Translations under genes and position numbers: made by a program
Part shown: in pieces, positions 20,083-31,541 of the stretch
Position numbering within the stretch: the first letter of the stretch is position 1
Layout: every line of letters starts with the position of its first letter
Assembly (NCBI GenBank): GCA_964019335.1
Contig: OZ025726.1
Span: forward strand, 372,001-436,000
DNA from: Diplonema japonicum
Lineage: Eukaryota > Protista > Euglenozoa: Diplonemea
Length of the DNA stretch: 64,000 nucleotides
Reading direction: 5' to 3'
Notes under the pieces: model-generated
What the model saw: only the letters and a program-made list of their open reading frames with translations
What the model was told of the DNA's origin: nothing
Databases searched by the model: none

Positions 20083-23000
20083 CCGCATAACAAACCTCGT
20101 AACTCTTATACTCAACATCTGTGCTCTTCCTGTAATCTGCGTAGACGGGGTCGGCGCTTGTGAATGTGTTCCTGATCAAAGTCACCACCCTCTCCTCCAT
20201 CTTCACCAGCTTTCCTTCCAAGTCTCTTTGCAGCTTCCCCATTGTTTTCTTCAGCACCACCTTCTCGACCGTTGTGCTCGGCCTGCCCGTCGTTTTCTTA
20301 TAGCATGCGTAGGCCACCAGCTTCCTGAACATCCTTGAGATCCACATGTTGGTGTTGTGTGCCGCCACATCGTCGATGAACTCCTCGACGTACTGCCTGT
20401 GCGTTGTCCTGCTGTTCTGAAGCAGGCCTTGCATCACCTTCATCTCACGGAAGCGGAACCACTTGCTGTAGCAGTACACTGTTGGGTTTGATATTATAAA
20501 AAAGAAGAAAAACAAATCAAAAATATATCATACATCGTAGCGGTCTGTTGTTAGTGGAAAGCTTTAACGGTGGGATGCTCGGGGACCTGATGGACGGGGT
20601 CACTGTTGGGTCCGGAGACACGCAAATGGGGGGTGGTGCTGCCATGTGGGCTGGGCTGGTGTCTGGCTCGGAGACAGAAGGAGACACGTTCTTGGGCATG
20701 CTGAAGTGCTGCATGTTGTGAACGATGTCGTCCACCTTCTCTTCTAGCTTCGTGATGACAGCTTGTAGCTTGGTGTTCGACTTGCTTACCTCGGACAGTT
20801 GGGCCACCTCCGACGGCTGTAGCTTCCCCCTGTCCATATCTGCGATCTTGCTCCTTATGTCGCTGACAGCCTTCACGATGTTCTTCACGTTCGTCGACAC
20901 CAACGAATCGTTCCTCAGGTCGACGCCCTCGTTCAGGATCCTTGTCGCGAGATCGTCGCGGTCCATGCTGCTCCTCCTGCTCCTGTCTCCTGACGGGGGG
21001 AGTGTTAATGGCGGTGCTTCTTCTGGAGTTCTCGCAGGAGTGACTTGCTCCGGAGTTCTGGTCGGAGTTAGTTGCTCGGCTGGGATTACGACAGGTTCTT
21101 GTTTCGGTGATTTGTAAATGTTGTCTGTGCTAGTCTTCACCAGCTGCCTCGTCATGCTGAAGAGCTCCTCATTGTTCTCGCTGATGCACTCTTGGATGGA
21201 CTCCGTCACGCTGCGGACGGCGCCTGTGAGCGTGTCAAAGTCCTCAGCGAAGTTACGGCTTATCAGCTCGTCTTGCTTGTCTTCCAGTCTCCTCATTTCC
21301 TCCCGCACTTCGATACCGACCTTCGCGACTTCGTCCATCACAGCCTGCAGCTTGCTGCTTTCGTTTATCACAGTGGTCATCACACTGCCGATTGCCTTCT
21401 CCGACAGCATACTATCTAATGCACGCTCCACGGCTTCGGGTACACCGGTCACTGCTTGAAGCTTTTCTCCCAAGGTTTCTTTGATGGCCAACTGTACGAT
21501 GTCAGTCACCGGGACACCTGAGAAGGGCTCTTCTTTCTTCACTAACGTGTCAAGCTTCTTGTGTGCCTCGTCCATGGCACCGGTCACGATGTCGGTCACA
21601 ACAACGGCCGTCAAAGGCTCTTCGGGCACCTTCTCTGCCATCTTCATGATGTTTTCCTTCAAAGTGTCCAATGTGCTGTTGTTCTCAGTTGCAATGTCGT
21701 GCAGTTGCTTTACTGCGTTGCCGACGCCCTCGCTGATGAGTGCGTTCACCTTTCCGCTTTGCATGCTGAGTTCATCACACATTGTCTGCATCTCCTTTGG
21801 CAGATTCTCCGTCAGTTTCTCGAGTTGGTTATTGATACAGTCACTGTCTCCGGTGACTTTGCTCAGCGCTTGCTCGATGTGTGTCTTCAGTTCTCCTGCA
21901 TGCTCTTCTTGAGCAGTGAGGCACTTGGCCACTTCAGCAGCAACAACTGTTGTTACCACACGCGATAGGTGTTCTTCGTTACGCAGGGCCTCGCTGGGCA
22001 TGCTATTTTGCAGGATTTCGCTGGCAGTGTGCAGCTCGTCAAGTTTCTTGTGCGCCTCTTCCAGTGCACCCTTCACGATGTCGGTGACGGTGGTCTCTGT
22101 CAGGTGTTCTTCGGGAAGCTTCTTGCCCACCTCATTGATGGCCTTCTTCACTTCAGTGAGCAAATCGTCACTGTTCGAGGCCTTCTGTGCCTCTTCCATG
22201 GCGCCGTTCACGATGTCAGCCACTGCAGATCCCGTCAAGTGCTCTTCAGGTAACTTCTCACCCACCTCATCGATGGCCTTCTTCACTTCGGTCAGCAGGT
22301 CATTGTTTGAAGCCTTCTGTGCCTCTTCCATGGCGTCTTTTACGATGTCGGCAACTGCAGATCCCGTCAAGTGCTCTTCAGGTAACTTCTCACCCACCTC
22401 ATCGATGGCCTTCTTCACTTCGGTGAGAAGGTCGTCATTGGAAGCCTTCTCTTCTATGGTGCTTTTCACAATGTCTGCTACCACCGATCTCGTCAGGTGC
22501 TCTTCAGGTAACTTCTGCCTTACTTCCTCGACGATGTTCTTCACCTCCACCAGAGCCGGAGGCACGTTGGTGCTCAACTCCTCGGTAAGCAACGCCACCT
22601 GTGCGGTGACGACACCTTCCACAATCTCCCGCACACTGTCTGCAGTCAAGCTTTCGCATGCTGCATCCACGTCGGTTGCTTCCCTCGCACTTTGAAGAGC
22701 GTCGAGCTTCCTGTGCGTCTCTTCTGCCACGTTCACCACAATGTCCTTCACAGCAGACCCCGTCAAGTGTTCTTCGGGAAGTTTCTTGCTTACCTCATCG
22801 ATGGCCTTCTTCACTTCGGTGAACTGATCGTCACTGTTCGAGGCCTTCTGTGCCTCCTCCAGGGCACTCTTCACGACTTGTGTCACGTCATCCGTTGTCA
22901 GGTGGTCTGCCTCCCTCAACTCCTTGCTGAGTGTTGCGACCTGCGCAGCGACTGTACTCTCGACAATTTCTCGTACATTGTCCACCGTCAAGGCGTTGGT

Positions 23001-26000
23001 GTTTGCAGCATCCAGGAACTTTGATGTTGCACTGTGTTCATTGCAGAGGGCGTCCAGCTTCTCGTGTACTTTCTCCATCACATTTGCTATCGCCTGCTCC
23101 GTCATGTCAGGTATTTTGTTTCTCAGTTCATCAATCGAGTTCCCCACTTCCAAGAGGATCTCGTCGCTGCTCTGTTGTGCGTCTTCCAAAACTCTCCTCA
23201 CAATGTCAGTTATGACAGCCCCTGTCAGGTTTTCTTCAGGTAGCTTCTTGCCCACCTCATCAATTGCGTTTTTCATTTCAGTGATCAGCCTGACACTGGC
23301 ATCTTTGTCATTCTGCGCCACCACTGCATTCGTCACGATACTTGCAACAGCGGCTTCTGTCAAGTGCTCCTCGGGTATGCTACTTTGCAGGGTCTCGCTG
23401 GCAGTGTGCAGCTCGTCGAGCTTCTTGTGCGCCTCTTCCAGTGCACCCTTCACGATGTCGGTAACGGTAGTCTCTGTCAGGTGTTCTTCGGGGAGCTTCT
23501 TGCCCACCTCATCGACGGCTTTCTTCACTTCGGTGAGCAGGTTGTCACTGTTCGAGGCCTTCTGTGCCTCTTCCATGGCGCCGTTCACGATGTCAGCCAC
23601 TGCAGATCTCGTCAGGTGCTCCTCAGGTAACTTCTCACTCACCTCATCGATGGCTTTCTTCACTTCTGTAAGCAGGTTGTAACTGTTCGAGGCCTTCTGT
23701 GCCTCTTCCAGAGCACTCTTCACGACTCGTGCCACGTCATCTTTTGTCAGGTGTTCTTCAGGCATTTTCTTATCATCATCTGCCTTCTGTGCCTCTTCCA
23801 TGGCGTCTTTCACGATGTCAGCCACTGCAGATCCCGTCAAGTGCTCTTCAGGTAGCTTCTTACCCACCTCATCGATGGCCTTCTCCACTTCGGTGAGTAG
23901 ATCCCTGTTTGAAGTTTTCTGTGCCTCTTCCATGGTGCTCTTCACAATGTCAACCACTGCAGATCCCGTCAAGTGTTCTTCAGGTAACTTCTCACCCACC
24001 TCATCGATGGCCTTCTTCACTTCGGTGAGCAGGTCGTCATTGGAAGCCTTCTGTGCCTCTTCCACGGTGTTTTTCACAATGTCAGCCACTGCAGATCCCG
24101 TCAAGTGCTCTTCAGGTAACTTCTTGATCACCATGTCGACTGCCTTCATCACTTCCGCAAGTAGTTTGTCTTCTTTCTCGTTGTTCAACGTTTCCACTTT
24201 CACACCAATGCTCTCTACAAGGTCCTGTATGCTGGCTTTGTCTAAAGCTTTACTGTGTATTCCTTCAGCGGTGAGAGGTGCTTCCTTCTCGACATGAAGT
24301 GCATCGATCTTGCTGTGTGCCTCCTCCACTGCGCCCTTTACAATGTCCTTCATAGCAAGCCCTGTCAGGTGTTCTTCGGGAAGCTTCTTGATCACCTCAT
24401 CGATGGCCTTCTTCATTTCAGTGAACTGATTGTCGTTGACTGCATTCGTAACGATTTCCGACACATCGCTTCTTGTGAGGTGTGTCTCAGGCATTTCCCT
24501 GCTGGTCTCGGTGACGTGATCCTGCAATCCTTTGCTCAGTGCTTCTACTTGCGTTGTAACAATATCACCCACTACTTCTCGCAAACTGTCGGCGGTCAGT
24601 CCCTCAGGTGCATCCCGTTTGTTGAGTGTGTCGATCTTTGTGTGCGCCTCTTCCAGTGCAGCCTTTATGATCACAGTGATGGAAGTCTCTGTCAGGGGTT
24701 CTTCAGGTAACTTCTCACCCACCTCATCGATGGCCTTCTTCACTTCAGTGAGCAGGTCGTCATTGGAAGCCTTCTGTGCCTCTTCTATGATGCTCTTCAC
24801 AATGTCAGCAACTGCAGATTCCGTCAGGTGTGTCTGGTGTTCTGCTGGCAGCCTGTCCAACCTCTCAACGGCGTTGTTCAGCTTGTTATCAACTGTTTCT
24901 TGTGATGCAAGCACGTCGAGCACACTGTCCTTGATACCCTGCAGGAGGGCCAAGGTCCCTTCCCCTGCGTCGTTGGTCAGTGGTGCCCCCGCCTCGCACA
25001 AATCCTCTTCTTTTGTTTTAACAACGACCTCGGCCTCTTGGTAACACTCTACCACCCCCTGCGTTTCTTTTGTTTTTTGGTCGTCCTTCTTCGCCATCAC
25101 ATTCGTCACGATACTTGCAACAGCGGCTTCTGTCAAGTGCTCCTCGGGTATGCTACTTTGCAGGGTCTCGCTGGCAATGCGCAGCTCGTCGAGCTTCTTG
25201 TGCGCCTCTTCCAGTGCACCCTTCACGATGTCGGTAACGGTAGTCTCTGTCAGGTGTTCTTCGGGAAGCTTCTTGCCCACCTCATCGATGGCTTTCTTCA
25301 CTTCGGTGAGCAGGTTGTCACTGTTCGAGGCCTTCTGTGCCTCTTCCAGAGCACTCTTCACGACTCGTGCCACGTCATCTTTTGTCAGGTGTTCTTCAGG
25401 TTTTTTCTCATCATCATCTGCCTTCTGTGCCTCTTCCATGGCGTCTTTCACGATGTCAGCCACTGCAGATCCCGTCAAGTGCTCTTCAGGTAACTTCCTA
25501 CCCACCTCATCGATGGCCTTCTCCACTTCTGTGAGCAGGTCCCTGTTTGAAGTTTTCTGTGCCTCTTTCATGGCGTCCTTCACAATGTCAACCACTGCAG
25601 ATCCCGTCAAGTGTTCTTCAGGTAACTTCTCACCCACCTCATCGATGGCCTTCTTCACTTCGGTGAGCAGGTCGTCATTGGAAGCCTTCTGTGCCTCTTC
25701 CATGGTGCTCTTCACGATGTCAGCCACTGCAGACCCTGTCAGGTGTTCTTCGGGAAGCTTCTCACTCACCTCATCGATGGCCTTCTTCATTTCAGTGAGC
25801 AGGTTGTCACTGTTCGAGGCCTTCTGTGCCTCTTCCATGGCGTCTTTCACGATGTCAGCCACTGCAGATCCCGTCAAGTGCTCTTTGGGCATCTTAGTAC
25901 CTACATCATCGACAGTCTCCTTCATGTGAGCCACATCACCGCTAGTGCGCTTCAGTTCATCGCTAAGTGTAGTCACTTGCGTTGTAAGTACATTCAGCAA

Positions 26001-27560
26001 CTGAGGTGCCACACCCTCCACTCTGTCCTTGATGCCATTCAGGAGGGCTAACGTCTCCTCCGGAGTGGACTTGCCGATCGCTTCCTTCACAACGCTTCCA
26101 ACTTTGTCTGCAGTGAGAGCACTCCCGGGCTTCTCTGCCAGCGACGTTTTCATACCTTCGCATGCCTTTAACAACGTCTTGTTGCCCTTGGCGAGCTCTT
26201 GCAGGGTGGTGTTCATGGTAACTAGTGGGTCAGACTTGGCCTTGCGGACCTCGAGGGCTGCCTTGATGTCGGAGAGCGTCTTACCCACATCGCCTGACGC
26301 AGTGCCTACTGTGTCTAACTTCTTGTTGGTGCTCGCCGCTGCTTGAGAGATAACTTTGCTAACTTCTGCCAATGTGAGGCGTTCCCTTGCCGCTTCCGTC
26401 TGCATAGCCTTCAGGATGATGTGGTTCTCCTCGTTCGCTTTGCTACTAGCCGCATCAAGATTTTCTACTTTCTTCTCAACTGCGGTGACGCTGTCCGCAA
26501 TCTTTGCGACTTCGTGCTGCACAAGCTCCGCCAGCACCTCCATGTCGATGGTCTGCTTGCAGATGTCTTGGATCTTTTTGAAGAACTGCCCTGACGGCAC
26601 GGTGATTTGCGGTGAGCGCTCCTTCTCATTTTGAATTGCTTTGATTTCCTCGCTGAAGCTGTGCCCAGCACGGGGGGTTGAACTCGTGCTTGCTTCTTCA
26701 GCTTGTGGTTCCACTTGGGTCTTTCTGAAAAGACTTGGTACAATGTACAACAGAAAGGCAACAACAGACCCGATGGCAAGAAAGGTCATCAGCTGCTGCT
26801 GGTGGTGTTCATGGAAGGCTCTGTGATCGTTGTCGGCCCGCCTGCGTTCCTCGGTCAAGCTTTTAAGCGTTTCGAACATCTTGCGGAGTTCGTCATCCGA
26901 CGGTCCGGCATGGTGGGCAGGGACAGGGACAGGGTGCACAGGGCCCACTTCTACAGGATGCGGTGGGGGCACAACAGGGATCGTGGGTGTGGACGTGGGC
27001 ACATCAATGACCGGACAGGTCTGATTAATAAAGACCTCCACCTCCTTGATGACTGTCTTGACGGTTGTCGTGTTCACCACACGCACCTCGACCTTGGGCT
27101 CTGGGTAGTACTTAGGGCCTGACCAAATGCGGTCACTTACTCTGCTGGTGAAGAGTGCAACAGAAGAGACACCGAAACCAGACACCACTGAGGCCATGGT
27201 TAGCTTCTCAGCCATGATGTAAGTAAGGGTAGCAGGACCCATGTTGCCAAGCAGTCCAAGGGCACCAAGTTGCGCTGCGACCATCGGCCCGACAGGAGTC
27301 ATCAGGACTGCTCCCCCTGTGACCAGACCAGCACCTACCCCCACTACCACATCAGTCGGCCTGTACATCCACATGTCCCCCATGATGGGTACTTGCTTCT
27401 TTTTAAGAGGTGGTTTAACATCCTTCTGCTCCGAGTCGGTGCAAGGGCTGAGGCTAGGGTCGTCGGGGCTAACAGGGACTGGGGCTGAGTTCGGTTCTTC
27501 CCCTCCACACACCCCAACTGATATTAGCAGCACAGCACATATCACTCCACGGGCTTTCAT
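19565..27560 (-). CDS. Giant (~2615 aa) membrane-anchored helical-repeat protein with C-terminal EF-hand (introns 20479-20533, 20044-20095, 19618-19658)
   Basis: Signal peptide MKARGVICAVLLISVGVCG, hydrophobic segments, long 44-45 aa repeat region, EF-hand DKNGNGWIDAKEL. Spliced length 7848 nt is in frame. Confidence 0.78.
22000..25890 (-). repeat. Coding tandem repeat of 132-135 bp (LPEEHLTGSAVADIVKDAMEEAQKASN-DDLLTEVKKAIDEVGEK) with higher-order blocks
   Basis: Near-identical DNA units; blocks at about 23330-24110 and 25100-25740 are mutual copies. Confidence 0.95.
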
Positions 27561-28065
27561 TTTTTTTTCCCCCCGTTTTTTGCTCTTAAATAACAGACAA
27601 CAACGGTCTCCCGGGGGACCCTCCCACCTGTGATGGATGTACGGGTGGGTGCCGTACCAAGCAAGCAATTGGAATATATGATGTGCCATGTATGGCGTGA
27701 TGATGGCGGCTTCATGACAACTAAAAGAGTGAAGGAAGGGGGTGGTGGGGGAAAAGAGAGAAATGGAGGGAGGGGGGGGGGGGGGGGCAACGAAGAAAGA
27801 AGGGGGAAAAATAATCAGAAAAAAAAAATACGAAGCCCCCAAGTATAAAAGAGAAAAAATAGAGAAAAAAAAAAGGGAAACGGAAAAAAAAAAATGGTTG
27901 TGGAAAACCCCCTCTTGTACTTCCCCTCCTCTCTCTTTTTTTTTTTTTTTTTTTTGCTCCTCACTACCTAAAGGGCTAGACAAAGTAACAAGGTGGCATG
28001 TTATAGAAAACAAGGGGTATGTGTTGTGAGAAAATCGGCTTCTTGTAGAATGACGGGAAACCGAA

Positions 28066-28099
<34 letters not shown>

Positions 28100-28195
28100 C
28101 TGAGAAAATATTAAACACGAAAAAAAAGGGGGGAACAAATCCACGAAGGCAGGCAAGCAAGCATCGACCCTCCACCCCACCCTTCCACACACAGC

Positions 28196-29330
28196 CTACA
28201 AGGTCTTCCCCACGTAATCCCCTTGGTAACCCTGTATATTTTTTTTTTTTTTTTTTTTTACGTTTTTTTTTTTTTTTTAGAGTGGGCCGACATACCTTCC
28301 CATGCAGACAGTTGAGATGGATCCCAAGTCGCATCCTCTGTTTTTGCTGTTCTCTGGTGTGTTGCTTCTCCGCTCTCTTTTCCTTGGGACCCAGCTTCTT
28401 CTGTTCGATTAGTGCCCTGTACCTGTTCATCTGAACAGTGGTCATGTGCGACCTCTCTTGCTGAGTGATCATCTTCTTTGCCCTGCTCTCCTCCGTCTCC
28501 TCCACGGCCATCTGCATGGGTGCCATGTGGTGCTTGTGCTCATGGCGTGACACGATGACAGCGCCAGACGCAAGGGTGAGGAGTTCGTCCTGCGCAGATG
28601 CACCCGCAAGTTTCCTTCGTTCTGTGAATGCAGCGTGGTTCTTGTAGAATTCAGAGTATTCCCCGTCTGTGAGGGTGATCATCTGGTGACCAACAGCGGA
28701 CATGTGGTTCTGGCAGCCTTCTCTCGTTTCGAAGACCTTGCTGTCATTGCACACCAAGCACATGCAACCGTTCACCTTTACGGAGAGGTATTCGAGAAGC
28801 TTGGTGATGTCTGAGATGTCATCAACAAGCGGGAGGGTGAAGTTGTGCACCTTTGCCATGTGGCATAGAGCATCCTCCGCACATGGTGCTCTGATGTTGC
28901 AGAAAAGACAGTCGGTTGACTGCAGTTCTTGATTCTCGGTTATCCTTTCCGCCGATGCCTCCCATGTTTCCTCCTTGTTGAGCTCGTCGTCAGAGCTGAG
29001 CGGTTCGTCGGTATCCTCTTCGGGTTGGGACTCCATGGCTCTTTCAAGCCTTTTCCTTGCTTTTTTGTCCTTGTGTTTCTGCGATTGCAAGTGGCTGCTC
29101 AGTGTCTGGGCGGTGCCGAATTTCTTGTCGCAGATTGTGCATTTGTAGCTGGTGCTTGCAATGCTTGTTGCTGCCCTGCTGCTGCGGACACCGTGAGCTG
29201 CAGCAGTCAGCGGTACCAGACCGGCAACTCTCCGCTTTACATTGTCATTGTGGAGCTGAGCGTCGTAGTGCCTGATCATCGCGTCCCTGTCCGGGAATCC
29301 CATGGAACAGGTGTTGCAGTTAAATTGCAT
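28196..29330 (-). CDS. REI1: Pre-60S maturation zinc-finger protein REI1/ZNF622 (intron 28232-28295; 356 aa)
   Basis: CNTC...HY....H..NVKRRVAGLVP; CTICDKKF......SHLQSQKH; DCLFC....HMAKVHNF; CLVC....HM..VGH. Confidence 0.9.
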
Positions 29331-30144
29331 TTTTTTTTGTGTTATTGTTGGCCCCCCCACCCTTTTTTTTTTGCAACGCGGGTTTTAAGAATGAGGAAAA
29401 AAAAAAAAAAAGGGATGAACATGGAACAAATCACACAGGCACATCATCCCCCACACCAGAGCACCCACACCAGCAGATTTTGTTCTCCGTAACACTTTCC
29501 GACGGGGGGGGGGGGGGGTGCATCTTTTCTTTTTTTGTTTCTTCGTTTTTTTTTTCTCTTTCTTTCCTTTCTTTCCAAGGTAAGGGTGCTTAATATTAAA
29601 AAATAATGTATTTTTTTGAGTTCTCCCCCCCCCCTCCCATCATAATGTTGCACTCACCCCAGTTGTGTGTTTCTTCACTTTTTTTTTTTCCTTCTTCCGT
29701 CCTTCCTTATTTCGTTATTTATTCATTCTTTCATCATTTTCTTTCTTGCTGGTTCAGTGGTGTGGCGGAGGTAACCCCATACTGGGTGAAAATAAAAAGA
29801 GGGACTTTTTTTTGTGGCACCAAAAAAAGGGGGGGGGGGAAGAGAGGGAAGGTTTTTTTTTTTTTTTTTGTGGAGCAAGAATATATTTCTTTTTTTTTCT
29901 TCTTCTATCTTCTTTCTTATTTGGGTAGTCTTAAAAACCTCTTCTCAAAAAAATCAAAGGAGGGGGATGGGGAAAAAAAAAAAAATCGTTGGTTAATTTT
30001 GCAGAGTATCTGGAGCCAAAAAAAAAAAGAAAACAAAAAGCGTTAAGAGCGCAAGGAGTTTGGGGATGGGAACAACACTTTAAAAAAAAAAGTTCCACAA
30101 AAAAGGGAGATGCCGGGGCTCTAAAAGAAAAAAGTGTGGGTGGG

Positions 30145-30189
<45 letters not shown>

Positions 30190-30436
30190 AGGAAAAAAAA
30201 AATCACGTTGAATGGAAGGTGGTGAGGGGAAGGGGGATGAAGAATAAAGGAAAGACCGCGAAGAACGCCGAAGAAAGAAATCCTCCCCCTTCCCACACCC
30301 TGACCCTTATAAATCTAAAAGAAAAAAAAAATTAAAAATGCGGGGGTTGGTCTGTCTTTACCAAGACATTGATACTTCAGTTCTCTCTCCCTGTCTCTTT
30401 TTTTTTTCTTTTTTTTCGTTCTTAATCTCCTTCACT

Positions 30437-30691
30437 TCACTTCTCGTGAGGCTCGTATTTGATGCTGGTGTTTGAGCCAAGCTGGGGTGGGAAATTAGAA
30501 AAAAATTAAAAAAAAAAATTACAAAATACCTGAAGAAGTGTGAGAAGCCTCTGCTTCAACTCTTCGAGGGCATCGCCTTGCGTCTTGTCGCGTGTCCACA
30601 CTGAAATTTTGGTTTGGGCCTTTCGTCGCCCGAGTGCCGCACCAGTGACGTGCCCTTCAGCGATGGGTGCTACACCATCTTCCACGTATTC

Positions 30692-30727
<36 letters not shown>

Positions 30728-31131
30728 CCCACACCGATCATGGCCAGCAGCAAGTGTTCCCACGTTTCATTCAGCGCCTCCTCCTTGCTGGGTTGTATGG
30801 CGATGATGAACCTGCCGCCTTCCTTGTTCGCCGGGTCCTCCCACATAGGCTTGATCCCGCTCTTTGTATGAATTTGTGTTCAGAAAGAAGACAAAAAAAA
30901 AAAAAGGAAAAACACACACACCTTGAACACATGGTAATTGGCACCATACTCCAAAGATGTGGGCCGCTTGATGTGGTTGTAGGTGCTCCAGAAATCCTCC
31001 ACTGTGTCGAAGTCAGACACCTTCATAAGGTTCTCCTCCCACGACTTGTCGGGATCCTGCTTCTTGAAGGAGTCGTACCACATCGTCCATTTGTGCTCCA
31101 GCGGGTGCTTCCCGTTTGCGGTATCCGCCAT
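30437..31131 (-). CDS. eIF4E: Cap-binding translation initiation factor eIF4E (introns 30862-30921, 30694-30734, 30482-30529; 181 aa)
   Basis: HPLEHKWTMWYD, SWEENL, VEDFWSTY, YHVFK-SGIKPMWED.ANK.GG, LLAMIGE, KISVW. Confidence 0.93.
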
Positions 31132-31541
31132 TATGCAGCTAACCTCCTGAAGGGGGTGTGGGTGGGTAAGGGAATGCTAACGAGAAAATTAATAAAAACA
31201 GAAATGAGAAGCAAAGATATAAGAGATAAAGGACGGCCAGGTGTTGGTGGCGCCCTGCACAATCTACTTGACTACGGGGGCGCACCTCGGCCTAGCTTCT
31301 TCTGCATTCCACGTGTCCTTGTTGCGCGCGGTGTGCAGAGGCGCCTTGGGTAACCAAGATCCTACGCTCGTGCAGTTTGCTGCCTGTTCGTCACCCTGAG
31401 CATGCAATACCGGTGATGACCGACAAACATCTGATGTACTTCTTTATATCTCCATGTTGTCCCCACCACCCGAGAAAAAACAAACAAAAAAAAAAAAAAA
31501 AAAACAAAAGAAATAGAACCCAGAAGGGTCCTTGCAGCCAT

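Noticed and set aside
20517-29360. Single 2947-aa ORF
   Set aside because: Chance read-through across a poly(A) intron and a low-complexity spacer fuses REI1 with the repeat-protein gene.
29339-30296. Poly-Lys and poly-Phe ORFs in spacers (also near 16.4, 19.0, 39.9 and 49.5 kb)
   Set aside because: Products of A/T homopolymer runs, which lack stop codons.
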